Notes: generated from the sequence alone by a model not told the origin. DNA of 64,000 bases from an uncultured Pseudomonadota bacterium (GCA_963736005.1 CAVTNB010000001.1:1216001-1280000); one strand, 5' to 3'; shown: positions 43,481 to 54,712, counted from the first letter of the stretch. Numbers and translations are program-made.

Positions 43481-44821
43481 GTGCCTTTCGCAGCGTTCTC
43501 GCCCGTCTTTCCTTGGATAACGCCCCGCTTTGTCGTGGCGGTCCTGATCGTTGCGGGCCTCGTCGCTGCTGGTACCTTTTTTCCTGTGATGACCGGGCTG
43601 GCATTGGGCGCTGGCGCATTGACGGCAGCGCTGTTCGTCGCCGATCTTGCCCTCGGGCCGCGCAGAGCCGACGTCGACGTGAAGCGGGAACCGGTCGAGC
43701 ATCTTGCGTTGCGCTCGCCGGCACGCCTGCGTTATTCGATTTCGAACCGCTCGCAAACGCCGCTGCGCTTTGTCATTCTCGACACCCCGATCGACTCGTT
43801 TGAGTTTCCAGAGGAAGCAGCGGCCGGGCAGGTAGGGGCCGGCAAACAAAAGTCCGTTGACCTTTCCGTTGTGCCCCGGAGGCGCGGTGCGGCGCGGCTC
43901 GGCACGCTGTACGTCGTCGCATGCAATCCAATTGGATTCATCGCAAGACGCTGGAGACTTCGCGACCAGTCAGAAATACGAATTTATCCGGATCTCTCGG
44001 CGGTCGAGCGCTACGGCGAGCTCGCGCGCCGCGGGAGGCTCGTCGATGCGGGCTTCCGCAAGCTGAGACTTCGCGGCCGTGGCGGCGAGTTTGACTCCCT
44101 GCGCGAATGGGCACCTGATGACGAATTTCGATCGATCAATTGGAAGGCAACTGCGCGCCGCGGCAAACTCATGGTCGAGCAATTCGATATCGAACGCAGC
44201 CAAACAGTTATGCTCGTTCTCGACGCCGGCCGGCTCATGACGCCACGTCTTGGCCTGCAACAAAAATTTGACTATGCGATCACTGCCGCGCTCTCCGTTG
44301 CGTACATCGCGGCGCTCGCCGACGATAAAGTTGGTCTTATGGCATTTGCCAGCCAGGTTCTCGAACACGTCGCCCCGCGCTCCGGCTCGGCGCACACGAG
44401 CGGCTTGACGTCTCGAGTGTACGACCTGCAGCCCCGCTTTGAAGAGGCCGACTATGCGGGCGCTTTCACGTATTTGCGCCGCCGCCAGCCAAAACGCAGC
44501 CTCGTCATCTTCTTCACCGATATGTTCGATCCGGTCGCATCTGCCGCAACGCTCGGGAATCTCGCTCTGTTGACGCCGCGCCATTTGGCTGTGTGCGTGT
44601 TGATGAACGATGAGGCGGTAGAGCGCGCGCTTGGCACCGTACCAACAAATGCGCAGCAGGCATATACCGCGAGCGTCGCTGCGGAACTGTTGGCAGCCCG
44701 TCAGCGGGCGACGGCCATCCTACGACAGCGCGGCATCATTGTCATCGACGTGCCAGCGAAACAACTCACCGTGTCGCTCATCAACGCGTATATTGAAATT
44801 AAGGCGCAGAGCTTGCTGTAG
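43481..44821 (+). CDS. DUF58-domain (vWA-like) protein
   Basis: EFDSLREW..DDEFRSINWKATARRGKL, VLDAGRLM, DDKVGL, FFTD. Confidence 0.88.
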   Translation: MPFAAFSPVFPWITPRFVVAVLIVAGLVAAGTFFPVMTGLALGAGALTAALFVADLALGPRRADVDVKREPVEHLALRSPARLRYSISNRSQTPLRFVILDTPIDSFEFPEEAAAGQVGAGKQKSVDLSVVPRRRGAARLGTLYVVACNPIGFIARRWRLRDQSEIRIYPDLSAVERYGELARRGRLVDAGFRKLRLRGRGGEFDSLREWAPDDEFRSINWKATARRGKLMVEQFDIERSQTVMLVLDAGRLMTPRLGLQQKFDYAITAALSVAYIAALADDKVGLMAFASQVLEHVAPRSGSAHTSGLTSRVYDLQPRFEEADYAGAFTYLRRRQPKRSLVIFFTDMFDPVASAATLGNLALLTPRHLAVCVLMNDEAVERALGTVPTNAQQAYTASVAAELLAARQRATAILRQRGIIVIDVPAKQLTVSLINAYIEIKAQSLL

Positions 44822-45779
44822 CGCGACTGCCCGCAATGAAGTAAAGAATCATCGCGACTGCGGTGGCTGCCCCAAAGAGGAGGCGAATCGATTCGGAATA
44901 GTTCTGCGGCGAGAAGAATCCCTCGATCATGCCCGCGACAACAAGCATGGAGGCGACGCCAATGATGAGGATACCGGCGCGTTTGGCATTGCGCTTCAGC
45001 GCATCGCGACGGCGAAGTCGCCCCGGAGCGAGGACGCCACCCGCAAGGAGCAAGCCCGCCCCCGCAGCGATCTGAACCGCGGTGAGTTCGATAATCCCAT
45101 GCGGTGCAATCGTGGCCCAAAAATCCCGGCCGAAGCCCGCATCAACGTACAACGCGGCGGTCCCACCGAGCATGAGACCGTTGAAGAGTAAAACATACAG
45201 AGTCACGATCCCAAGCGTTATACCCCCGGCAAAAGCCAGGAACGCGAGCCTGATGTTGTTTTGCATGATGAAGGCGGACATCGTCGGGGAACCAATCGCC
45301 TTCTCCATCGGGACAAAGTTTGATGCGTGCAGCCCTTTGTGAATGGGCTCGATGAGTTGGGCAGGCAAAAGGACGTATGCGTTCAGAGGAAGCTCGTGAA
45401 TCAGATAGTACGCGAGCGCTGCGGAACCAAGAAAGATCGCGACGCTCAACAGGATGGGCCAGCGCGAATTCTTTACTTCAAGAGGAAAGGTGCGAGCGTA
45501 AAATCGTAGCACGCGGCTTAGGCCACCTTCCGAGCCTCCGCCGTACACCGCGGCATGTGCTCGGGCTGTGAGCCGGTTGAGATAGGCTTGCAACGTGGGA
45601 TCATACGCACGGGCGGTTGCAAATGCCAGGTCGGAGGTAACCCAGCGATACAGCGTTCCCAGTTCGGACACTTCCTCAGGATCGAGCCGGCGCAGCCCGC
45701 GTCGTTCCGCGAATTGCAAAAGCTGTTCCAACCGCTGCCAACCTGCTTGGCGTCGCTCGACGAAGGTGGCTTGCCGCAC
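44799..45779 (-). CDS. stage II sporulation protein M (DUF95)-family membrane protein
   Basis: F......W.RLE.LL, YR....DL, NNIRLAF, PHGIIELTA, AGMIEGFFSP. Confidence 0.88.
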   Translation of the reverse strand: MRQATFVERRQAGWQRLEQLLQFAERRGLRRLDPEEVSELGTLYRWVTSDLAFATARAYDPTLQAYLNRLTARAHAAVYGGGSEGGLSRVLRFYARTFPLEVKNSRWPILLSVAIFLGSAALAYYLIHELPLNAYVLLPAQLIEPIHKGLHASNFVPMEKAIGSPTMSAFIMQNNIRLAFLAFAGGITLGIVTLYVLLFNGLMLGGTAALYVDAGFGRDFWATIAPHGIIELTAVQIAAGAGLLLAGGVLAPGRLRRRDALKRNAKRAGILIIGVASMLVVAGMIEGFFSPQNYSESIRLLFGAATAVAMILYFIAGSRATASSAP

Positions 45780-45845
45780 GCCGTCGACTTCTCACACGGT
45801 ATGCGCTCACCTCTGGTCGATAATTATTCGTAGAGAGGAACCTGG

Positions 45846-46613
45846 TTGGAACGTTCCGTGACCGTCCGCACGCCAGAAGCGATCGCTTTTTATTATGAAT
45901 TGGCGGGGCTTGGCAGTCGGTTCTTGGCGCTGCTCATCGACACGATCATTCAGGGTCTCGTGTTCACGACGATCATCATCGTGGGCGGTCTCGGCGCTGC
46001 CCGTGCGCATCTGGTAGCGGACGCCCTGCACATCGGGTCAAAGGCCTTTGCATCGACGGTTTTTGCAATAACCCTGATGTTAGTCTTTGTGATCTTCTAT
46101 GGCTACTTTGTCTTTTTTGAAAAGGTATGGAACGGACAGACCCCTGGCAAGAAACTCCTCGGGATTCGTGTGGTCCGCGACGGCGGATATCCCGTTGAGT
46201 TCATGGATTCAGTTATACGCAACCTCATTCGCGTGCTCGAATCCACCATAGGTTTTTACTTCCTCTCGGCGATTAGCATGTTGCTTTCATCTGAAAACAA
46301 GCGGCTGGGTGATTACGCCGCCGGTACCATCGTTGTTCGCGATCGCGGCATGGAAGTTCGCGATCCGAAGTCATGGCTACGTGCCGAGACGGTAGAGTCC
46401 GGCGTTGAACGAAACGGCGCGTTGTCCATGCTGAGCGCCGGTGAGCTTGCAATGGTCGATCTGTATGCGTCACGCAAAACCGCGCTCAACCCACAAGCAT
46501 CTCGAGATACCGCCGCCAAAATCGCATCCATCTTGCGGCCGAAACTCGATCCCACGCTTGCCCAACTTTCTGATGAGGAGCTTCTTATGAGGATCGCTAC
46601 CCGTGAAAGGTAA
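45846..46613 (+). CDS. RDD-family membrane protein
   Basis: [42 protein letters not shown]. Confidence 0.9.
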   Translation: MERSVTVRTPEAIAFYYELAGLGSRFLALLIDTIIQGLVFTTIIIVGGLGAARAHLVADALHIGSKAFASTVFAITLMLVFVIFYGYFVFFEKVWNGQTPGKKLLGIRVVRDGGYPVEFMDSVIRNLIRVLESTIGFYFLSAISMLLSSENKRLGDYAAGTIVVRDRGMEVRDPKSWLRAETVESGVERNGALSMLSAGELAMVDLYASRKTALNPQASRDTAAKIASILRPKLDPTLAQLSDEELLMRIATRER

Positions 46614-48027
46614 CCGGCCGCATCGCAATCCGCTCATGATGCTGGCCGCCGGGACTGCGGCTGCTGTGCTTTGCCTTGCCGGTGAAGGCACGAAGACGGC
46701 GGCGCTGGCGCTCGCTCCCATCGGAGCAAGCGACCTTGCGAAAATCAAGCACATCGTCATCATTATGCAAGAAAATCGCTCCTTCGATAGCTACTTCGGA
46801 ACGTATCCTGGAGCGGACGGCATCCCAATGAGCAAGGGCGTCCCAACCGCGTGTGTCCCCGATCCAGGCAACGGCGGCTGCCAACGCCCATATCACGATC
46901 CAAACGATATCAACCGCGGAGGACCACACGACCAGCAAAGCGCAGTGGTCGACATTGGTGGCGGCTCCATGAATGGCTTCATCGGCCAGGCAGAGCGTGG
47001 AGGGAAAAACTGTGTGGAGTTTTCGACCGATCCTCGCTGCGCCGGGCACGCACATCCGGACGTGATGGGGTATCACGATGCGCGGGAAATACCAAACTAC
47101 TGGGCCTATGCGCGGAATTTTGTTCTGCAAGATCATATGTTTGAGCCAAACGCGTCGTGGAGTCTGCCCGCCCATTTGTTCATAGTCTCAGAGTGGTCCG
47201 CGCTGTGTTCGCAGGCCGGTAACCCGATGAGCTGTGTCAACGCGCTCAATAGTCCGGCTCGGCCACCCGTTGCGCGCAAACGACTCTTTCACCCTCGGCT
47301 TGCCAGCGCTCTCCCCCCGGATTACGAGTGGACCGATTTGACCTATCTCCTTCATCAGCATCACGTGAGTTGGGCCTATTACGTGTTTGCCGGCCTTGAG
47401 CCTGACACCGAAGACGACACCATGAACGGGCCGCAGCGCCGGCTCAACGCGAAGACGCCCGGTATTTGGAATCCTTTGCCGTTTTTCGATACCGTGCGTA
47501 ACGACGGCGAACTGCAGAACGTTCAGGATATTTCGAATTTTTATCGAGCGGCACGCGATGGTGCACTACCCGCAGTCTCGTGGATTTGCCCGGATAGCGT
47601 CCACAGCGAGCACCCGCCGGCGAGCGTTGCCGCCGGACAGACCTACGTGACCGGATTGATCAACGCAATTATGCAGGGACCCAACTGGAGCAGTACGGCT
47701 ATCTTCCTTGCCTGGGACGACTGGGGTGGGTTTTACGATCACGTGAAGCCGCCAACTGTGGACGAAAACGGCTATGGCTTGCGCGTCCCTGCTATCGTCA
47801 TCAGCCCGTACGCCCGTAAAGGCTATATTGACCATCAAACGCTGAGCTTTGATGCATATGTCAAGTTTATCGAGGACGATTTCCTTGTCAGCGCCCGCAT
47901 CGATCCAAGGACTGACGGGCGGCCCGATCCGCGACCGGACGTTCGCGAGAATGTTTCAATCCTCGGCGACTTGCGCTCTGATTTCGACTTCTCCCAGCCG
48001 CCGCGCGGACCGTTTCTTCTGCACTAA
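46603..48027 (+). CDS. secreted phosphoesterase / phospholipase C family protein
   Basis: [42 protein letters not shown]. Confidence 0.9.
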   Translation: MKGNRPHRNPLMMLAAGTAAAVLCLAGEGTKTAALALAPIGASDLAKIKHIVIIMQENRSFDSYFGTYPGADGIPMSKGVPTACVPDPGNGGCQRPYHDPNDINRGGPHDQQSAVVDIGGGSMNGFIGQAERGGKNCVEFSTDPRCAGHAHPDVMGYHDAREIPNYWAYARNFVLQDHMFEPNASWSLPAHLFIVSEWSALCSQAGNPMSCVNALNSPARPPVARKRLFHPRLASALPPDYEWTDLTYLLHQHHVSWAYYVFAGLEPDTEDDTMNGPQRRLNAKTPGIWNPLPFFDTVRNDGELQNVQDISNFYRAARDGALPAVSWICPDSVHSEHPPASVAAGQTYVTGLINAIMQGPNWSSTAIFLAWDDWGGFYDHVKPPTVDENGYGLRVPAIVISPYARKGYIDHQTLSFDAYVKFIEDDFLVSARIDPRTDGRPDPRPDVRENVSILGDLRSDFDFSQPPRGPFLLH

Positions 48028-48091
48028 TTCTTCGTACGGGAAAAGGGAGCGCCCAGGACCCGTCTGAAGGGGGGCTTCGGAGGGCTGTTTC

Positions 48092-49330
48092 ATGACGATC
48101 GTCCTGCGCGATGCTTCGCTGATCGATGGCATTGGGCCACAAGCGCGCCCGAAAATATCTGTTGTCATCGAGCGTGACTTGGTGGCGGAGATTTCCGGCG
48201 CGAGTTCTGTGCGCAGAGATGATGCAACGATCATCGACCTCTCCGGATTGACCCTCTTACCTGGGCTCATCGACGCGCACGCCCATCTCGGACTCACGTA
48301 TGATTTTTCAGCCGAGGGAGATCCCGGGTCCGTCTCTGCGGCGCAAATCGCGGGCTGGACCTTTGAGAACTGCGGCCTGTGTCTCGATGCAGGCTTCACG
48401 ACCGTTCGCGACATGTGCGGCGTCGATGGTGGACTCGTTCGCGCGATCGAGTCTGGTGCGGTGCGGGGCCCTCGCGTCTTCCCATCTGCGGCAGCAATCG
48501 TACAAACCGGCGGGCACGGCAACATCTCGGGGCCATTTTGCGAAGCGAATCACTTCTTCGCGTTGCCCGGCCTCGTGCAAATGATTGCCATTTGCGACGG
48601 AGCGGATGCGGTCCGCGCGCAAGCGCGACTAAACTTTCGCCGAGGTGCGACGCAGCTCAAGGCATTTGTGAGCGGTGGTGTGGTCTCGACGACTGACCGC
48701 ATGGAAGATACCCAATTGACGGTTGAGGAGTTGCGCGCGGCGGTGGAAGAAGCCAAAGCGCGCGATACCTATGTCTCCGGGCACGCACACAACGTCCGCT
48801 CCATCCGCAATGGCTTGGAGGCTGGATTAGAATGCTTCGAACACGGAACCATGCTCGACGAAGCAACAGCGCACGCCATGGCTAAGGCCGGTGCGGCGCT
48901 CGATCCGACGCTCGCTGTCTGCCACCTCATGGCTTCGGAATGGAAACGATGGGGCTTGCCTGAGAGCGTGGTTCCGCGCATTGCCGGGTGCGAAGCAGCG
49001 ATGGGCAAATCGATCGTCATGGCCGAGAAAGCTGGGGTCCTGCTGGGCTCGGGATCGGATCTCCTCGGACGCAATCAAAACCGACGTGGGCTCGAGGTTG
49101 CGCTCAAAGCAAAACTGCTCTCCCCGATGCGCGCAATTCAGTGCGCGACGATGGGCAACGCGCGCATAATGCATCAAGAAGAGCGCCTGGGAAGTATCGA
49201 AGCCGGTAAACTCGCCGACGTCATCGCCGTGAAAGGCGACCCGTTGAGCGAACCCGAGCTTTTAGACGATCCATCGCGCGTCATGCTCGTGATCAAGGCC
49301 GGAAAGATCGAGAAGAACCTACTGATGTAG
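48092..49330 (+). CDS. metal-dependent amidohydrolase (Xaa-Pro dipeptidase-like)
   Basis: PGLIDAHAH, GFTTVRD, K...SGGV, HAH, EHG, GSD, G.IEAGKLAD. Confidence 0.9.
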   Translation: MTIVLRDASLIDGIGPQARPKISVVIERDLVAEISGASSVRRDDATIIDLSGLTLLPGLIDAHAHLGLTYDFSAEGDPGSVSAAQIAGWTFENCGLCLDAGFTTVRDMCGVDGGLVRAIESGAVRGPRVFPSAAAIVQTGGHGNISGPFCEANHFFALPGLVQMIAICDGADAVRAQARLNFRRGATQLKAFVSGGVVSTTDRMEDTQLTVEELRAAVEEAKARDTYVSGHAHNVRSIRNGLEAGLECFEHGTMLDEATAHAMAKAGAALDPTLAVCHLMASEWKRWGLPESVVPRIAGCEAAMGKSIVMAEKAGVLLGSGSDLLGRNQNRRGLEVALKAKLLSPMRAIQCATMGNARIMHQEERLGSIEAGKLADVIAVKGDPLSEPELLDDPSRVMLVIKAGKIEKNLLM

Positions 49331-49957
49331 GTGCCGGCAGAACCATGCGCGTGCCAGCTCAGCCACTTGCTCGAGGGCTCCAGGTTCTTCGAACAGATGC
49401 GTCGCCTTTGCGACGATCACGGTTTCGTGTTTGGCAATGAGTTTGGTGGCCGCAGCGCGATTGAACTCAAGCACCGGGGTATCGTTGCCACCGACGATGA
49501 GCAGCGTCGGTGCCCGGACATCCCCGAGCGCCGCACTCGCTAGATCCGGACGGCCGCCTCGCGATACAACCGCACGAATTCGATCGGCGCGATGAGCCGC
49601 CGCGACCAATGCCGCCGCGGCGCCGGTGCTTGCGCCGAAGAGACCGATCGGCAAGTTCTTGGTTTCCGCACGCTTGTGACACCAGTCGACCGCTGCTTCC
49701 ACGCGTTCGGCTAAAAGGCCGATGTCAAAACGCAGAGCGGCGTTCCGACGATCGTACTCTTCTTCTTCCGGCGTCAGGAGATCGAGGAGCAGCGTCGCCA
49801 AACCGGCTTGGACCAGCGTTCGAGCCACGTATTGGTTGCGCGCGGAAAACCGGCCGCTGCCACTGCCGTGAGCAAAAACGACAATGCCCACAGGCGTGGG
49901 CGCCAGGTCCAAAACGGCCGCGAGTTCGACCTCGCCGGCCGGGATCGCAAGCTCCAT
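49319..49957 (-). CDS. dienelactone hydrolase-family alpha/beta hydrolase
   Basis: FAHGSGSGRFSARN, FGASTGAAAAL, SRGGRPDLA, ATHLFEEPG. Confidence 0.88.
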   Translation of the reverse strand: MELAIPAGEVELAAVLDLAPTPVGIVVFAHGSGSGRFSARNQYVARTLVQAGLATLLLDLLTPEEEEYDRRNAALRFDIGLLAERVEAAVDWCHKRAETKNLPIGLFGASTGAAAALVAAAHRADRIRAVVSRGGRPDLASAALGDVRAPTLLIVGGNDTPVLEFNRAAATKLIAKHETVIVAKATHLFEEPGALEQVAELARAWFCRHLHQ

Positions 49958-49996
49958 ATCACACCGACCTTCGAGCGCTCGAACGAACTCGAGCGA

Positions 49997-50992
49997 CTAC
50001 GCGGTCTGGCCGCTCGCGCACGCTTCAAACGCGCGACGCGCGAACACGCGCAGCATGCGCTTGCGGTAAGGGATCGATCCGCTCGTGTTGTCGAGCGGCT
50101 TGCCGATGACGTAGGCGGCTTCAGCGGCGGCATCGAGAGCCTCCGCGTTGAGGTTTGTTCCAACGAGCGCGGCGGCAGCCAGAGGCGCTTCCACGGGTTT
50201 TGGCGCGACGGCATTGAGCACCACCCGGGCGGCCGCGCAAACGCCGTCGCGCATTTCGATGACCGCAGCGACTCCCAAAATCGGAAAATCGAATGAATTG
50301 CGCAAGCGTAGTTTGCGATAGACGCTTCGCGTGCCCAACTTGGGCACAGGGATCGTGATCGACGTGAGGATCTCCCCCGGTTGTTTGGCCCACGCTCGCA
50401 TGCCGTCGTTGCGAAAGAAATCGGCGATTGGCACTTCACGCGGGCCAGTCGGACCTGCCAGATGCAACGTTGCGCGGTACGCCATGAGAACCGGTGCGGT
50501 ATCGGATGAGTTGACGGCAACGCAGATTGGGCTCTTAGGAGCCACTCGACAGATAGCGCCGTCTTTCTTCATGCAGTAGCCAAGCGCCTGACGCCAATCG
50601 AGATTTTGATTGTAGTAGTTGCAGCGCGTATCGAGACAGATGTTTCCGCCGATGGTGCCCATGTTTCGCAGTTGCGGTGTGGAGATAACGCTTGCAGCTT
50701 CTGCGAGCGCGGGGTATTGGCGCTGTACGGTAACATGGTCAGCGATGTCGGTCAGCGTTGCAAGAGCGCCAACCTCCAAGCCGCGTTGCTCGTCATAGCG
50801 GATGAAGCGCAGCTCGGAGGCATGCCTCAGGCCCACGACCACCTTTGGCGTGAAGAGTCGCTGCTTCATATTCGCGTAGAGATCCGTTCCGCCGGAAACG
50901 ACCAGCGCGTCGGAGCCATGCAGGGCGAGCAAGGCGATCGCCTCCTGCACCGTGCGTGCGGCTTGGTACTGAAACGGCGGGAGTCGAAGCAC
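49997..50992 (-). CDS. xanthine-oxidase-family FAD subunit with [4Fe-4S] insertion (HcrB-like)
   Basis: SGGTDL, RNMGTIGGN, CLDTRCNYYNQ...C.KKDG.IC...C, KLRLRNSFDFP. Confidence 0.88.
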   Translation of the reverse strand: MLRLPPFQYQAARTVQEAIALLALHGSDALVVSGGTDLYANMKQRLFTPKVVVGLRHASELRFIRYDEQRGLEVGALATLTDIADHVTVQRQYPALAEAASVISTPQLRNMGTIGGNICLDTRCNYYNQNLDWRQALGYCMKKDGAICRVAPKSPICVAVNSSDTAPVLMAYRATLHLAGPTGPREVPIADFFRNDGMRAWAKQPGEILTSITIPVPKLGTRSVYRKLRLRNSFDFPILGVAAVIEMRDGVCAAARVVLNAVAPKPVEAPLAAAALVGTNLNAEALDAAAEAAYVIGKPLDNTSGSIPYRKRMLRVFARRAFEACASGQTA

Positions 50993-51014
50993 TCGTTATC
51001 CTCTCATGGATTGG

Positions 51015-51488
51015 TCAAGTCTTTGCGGGCGAACCAAAACGTTTGAGCTCGGCCTCAAGGTCGAGCGGGCCGGTGGGTGCCTGCGAGGCGTATTCTCCCC
51101 ACGACTCTTTGGGCACGAGCCACATAACTTCAAACTCGTTGCCGTCAGGGTCCAGGCCGTAGATGGATTTCGTGGCACCGTGGTCGCTCTCGCCCGTCAC
51201 TGCTCCAATGCGAAGAAGCTTCTCGCGCGTGGCAGCGAGATCTTCGATAGTTGGTACTTGCCACGCGAGGTGAAAAAGGCCGACCGCACTTTCCGGTGAT
51301 GCCGTCGCGCGAGGGCCGAGCGCTAAAAAGCCTAAATCGTGATGGTTGGTCGAGCCTGGCGCGCGCATGAACGCCATCTGCTTTCCAGCTCGGGCGATCT
51401 CTTCAAACCCAAACACATCGCGATAGAATGCCACCGAGCGGTCCAACTCGCGAACTTTGAGCACTGCGTGATTCAGATTGAGCTTCAT
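51015..51488 (-). CDS. VOC/glyoxalase-family protein
   Basis: LNHAVL.V, NHHDLG, GLFHLAW, DHGATKSIY..DPDGNEFE. Confidence 0.88.
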   Translation of the reverse strand: MKLNLNHAVLKVRELDRSVAFYRDVFGFEEIARAGKQMAFMRAPGSTNHHDLGFLALGPRATASPESAVGLFHLAWQVPTIEDLAATREKLLRIGAVTGESDHGATKSIYGLDPDGNEFEVMWLVPKESWGEYASQAPTGPLDLEAELKRFGSPAKT

Positions 51489-51504
51489 TATTTTTCCTCT
51501 GGTT

Positions 51505-51529
51505 GGGGCGGTTTTTCAATCGCCCCTAC
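51505..51529 (-). repeat. degenerate REP-like hairpin, family C
   Basis: GGGGCGGTTTTTCAATCGCCCCTAC. Confidence 0.6.
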
Positions 51530-51534
51530 GTTTT

Positions 51535-54013
51535 TCATGCGGGAATGGGAGCTTTGGGTTTAGCCACCTTGACCACTTTCAAGCGAAGAGGTGCGCCACT
51601 TGCCGCGTCGAGCGCCTTGAGCACTTTCTCTCGGGTGATCGGGGTCGAGTGCACGCGCGCCTTGATCGCGTCGGCAACCGCATTGGCGATTGCAGGAATA
51701 ACCGGGTTGAGCGGCCCCTGGCCGGCCTCTTTTGCGCCGTACGGGCCTTCTTTGTCGTCAGTCTCGATGATGATTGCCTCGATCTCGCGGCGTGTCAAGG
51801 CTTGTCGGCGTTTTGTAATCAAGCAAGTTTGGTATCTTGTGCTCGCCAGCGCGAAATGGCCACTCTTCCATGAGCGCTTCCGACAAGCCCATGTAAACGC
51901 CGCCCTCGATTTGGCCTTCGACGGAGTCAGCGTTGATGCACCGACCGACGTCGTGCGCCAGCGTAATTTTTTCTACTTTGATCTCTCCGGTTTCGAGATC
52001 GACGTCCACCTCTGCGACGGCAACACTGTACGAATATGCGGGTGAGGGGCCGACGCCGGCACCCTTGTAATCCGCGGCCAACTTGGGAGGCGTATACGAG
52101 CCCGCGCAGGCGATCGTGCCAAACTTGGCTTCAGCGAGTTGCGCAGCCTCGATGAAGGTCATTGTACTTAGATCGGTCGTCGAGATTGAAAACCCGCCGT
52201 TCCGCCAAACCGATGCGGTTTGCCGGGCAGCCCAGTTTTTCAGCCGCTGCGTCTGTTATCATCGCGCGTGCTTTGCCCGCCGCTTCGCGCGCAGCGTTGC
52301 CGGCCATGAACGTGACGCGACTGGAGTAGGATCCGAGGTCGACCGGCGTGAGATTGGTGTCGCCGTAGCAGACGTGAACGTCCGTGACGTCAACGCCAAG
52401 CGTCTCCGCGACGATCGCAGCCAACATGTGAATCGACCCCTGACCGCACTCGCTCGATGCCGGAAAGGATCGTGACGCCGCCACCGCGATCCACCTTGAC
52501 GATGGCTCCTGACTGCGGCATTGCGTTCCAGTATATTGGCAGGCCCGCGCCGCAAAGATAGGCGCTCGCGGCGATGCCGATCCCCTTGCCGCGCTTCATC
52601 TTCCCCCGCTTCGCCCGATAGTTTGTCCGCTCGGTCGCGGCGTCGATGCACTCGCGCAGACCGCACGACGTGACGCGCAAGCCATTGACCGTGACCGAGT
52701 TTGGTTCGACCGCGATTCGTTTGCGATACTCCGCGGCGTCCAGCCCCAGAGCGTCAGCGATCTTGTCCAGTTGGTTTTCGAGCGCAAAGCGCGGTTGCGT
52801 CGTGCCGTGTCCGCGCTTGGGCCCGCACGGGGGTTTGTTCGTGAAAACTCGACAACCATCGAATTTGTACGCAGGCACTTTATAGGTAACAGTCGTCAGC
52901 GCTCCTGTATAGTAGGTGGTCGCGACGCCATACGAGCCGTACGCCCCGCCATCGAGCCACGTCTGAAGATGAATGGCGGTGATCGAGCCATCGTTGCGAA
53001 CGCCCGTTTTGAGTTTGAAGCTCACCGGATGTCGGCCGCGGTGCGCGTAGAAGACTTCTTGCCGCGTCAGTGAGATCTTCACCGGACGCCCGGTCTTCAT
53101 GGCTAAGAAGCCGGCCGCCAACTCGTGCGCGAAAGGTTCTGTCTTACCGCCGAAGCCGCCGCCGACCGGAGGCGCGATCACTGCGCACGTAGCTGCCGGG
53201 GAGATGCAAGCACCGCAGCCGCGATGCGATGCAGGTAATGCGGGGTTTGCGTGGAGCACCAAAACGTTAGCTTGCCGTCGCCGCCGTACTGCGCAACGAC
53301 CGCGTGTTGCTCGATCGGCGCGTGCGTGTTGCCTTCAAAGAAATATTCATCCTCGAAGATGCGGTCGGCCGCGGCAAAGCCCTTTTCCACCTCGCCGAAT
53401 TCGAGATGCACCTCCTTATGCACGTTATTCGTTCGGCGCGGGTTGGGATGAATCTGCGGGAGATCGGTTCGCAGCGCATCGTCGATCGACATGATCTCGG
53501 GCAGCGGTTCGTACTCGACCTCGATCAGCGCAACCGCCTCTTCAGCCGTCAGCTCGTCGTCCGCGACGACGCATGCGATCGGGTCGCCGACGTATCGCAC
53601 GGTATCGATCGCAAAGACCGTCTCGTCAGGACTCGAGGGGAGGATGCCGTAGCGCACGGGTAGGTCGGCGCCGGTCGCTACGGCGACGACCCCCGGCAAG
53701 CGCGAGCGCCTTGCGCGCGTCAACTCGCTTGAGGCGCGCGTGGGTCTGTGTGCTGCGCAGCATCTTGCCGTGCAGCATGTTTGGGAGAAAAATGTCGTCG
53801 GCAAACTTATCTTGCCCGGTGATGCGCGTAAAGCTATCGACTTTCGCCATCGCTTTGCCGACGACGTGGAAGCCTTCGGGCTTGTCAGCCGGCGTTTGCG
53901 GCGCTTTGGCCACTGATCGAAGGATTGTCTGTACCCGGCGTCAGCGGCCGGGCGTCGCCGTCAGGATTGGTTGCCGTCGAGACCGCGGGGAGATCTGCTT
54001 CAGACACGAGCAT
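51535..54013 (-). CDS. xanthine-oxidase-family molybdopterin subunit (HcrA-like), broken by about 6-7 frameshifts; start approximate
   Basis: Collinear fragments TGQDKFADD, VRYVGDPIA, STQTPH, GGGFGGK, KRGHG, GQG, GSYSSRVT, GQIEGG, GPYGAKEAGQG. Confidence 0.85.
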
Positions 54014-54500
54014 CATCCTTCGTCATGCGCGACGCTGCGAGCGCGACCGCTTCGACGATCTTGCTATAGCCCGTGCAGCGGCATAAGTTCCCCGAAATCG
54101 CTTCGCGAATTTCGGTTTCGCTCGGCACTTGCTTGCGTTCGACCAGCGCGGCAGCCGTCATGAGGAACCCAGGCGTGCAGTACCCGCATTGCGCTGCGCC
54201 GCACTCGGCAAACGCTTGCTGGATCGCGTGAAGCTTGGGTCCGTTCGCCAACCCCTCGACCGTGCGGACGTTGTGCCCCTCGGCCTCAACTGCAAGAGCG
54301 AGACAACTCAAGATGGGCTGATCGTCAATGAGCACTGTGCAGGCGCCGCAGTGCCCCATCTCGCAACCATGCTTCGTGCCAGTCAAGCCGAGGTCTTCAC
54401 GAAGCACCTCGAGCAGTGTCTTATTCGGATGGCTGGCGCATTCGATACTCTCGCCGTTGACGATCAAGTGCAGAAGTGTCCTCGGTGGTGCAACGCTCAA
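54000..54500 (-). CDS. xanthine-oxidase-family 2x[2Fe-2S] subunit (HcrC-like)
   Basis: GTKHGCEMGHCGACTV, QCGYCTPG, GNLCRCTGY. Confidence 0.93.
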   Translation of the reverse strand: MSVAPPRTLLHLIVNGESIECASHPNKTLLEVLREDLGLTGTKHGCEMGHCGACTVLIDDQPILSCLALAVEAEGHNVRTVEGLANGPKLHAIQQAFAECGAAQCGYCTPGFLMTAAALVERKQVPSETEIREAISGNLCRCTGYSKIVEAVALAASRMTKDDARV

Positions 54501-54527
54501 ACCCAGTACTCCATTCGTTCATCTGAC

Positions 54528-54562
54528 TGAACAACCGTTCAATAGGCAGTATGATTATAGCA
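54528..54562 (-). promoter_or_regulatory. extended -10 promoter and candidate operator for the molybdoenzyme operon
   Basis: Minus strand TGcTATAAT (54562-54554), then inverted repeat TGAAC-N4-GTTCA (54528-54541). Confidence 0.45.
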
Positions 54563-54578
54563 CCAGGGGTAAGCAAAT

Positions 54579-54700
54579 TGTAGGGGGACGATCGATAAAA
54601 TCGCCCCGAGGAGTTCTGCAGGCACGATCAGCAACTGATTTTGATAGTGGGTGACTTCGCAGTCGTCCGGGGCACTCGCGAATAAATTCGCGAGACTACA
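54579..54700. repeat. inward-facing REP pair: degenerate family C (+) and family B (-)
   Basis: TGTAGGGGGACGATCGATAAAATCGCCCC at 54579-54607; CTCGCGAATAAATTCGCGAGACTACA at 54675-54700. Confidence 0.7.
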
Positions 54701-54712
54701 TTTTTGGCTCGA

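Noticed and set aside
44799..45779. Evidence of sporulation from the SpoIIM-like gene
   Set aside because: The DUF95 family occurs widely with MoxR/RDD clusters in non-sporulating bacteria
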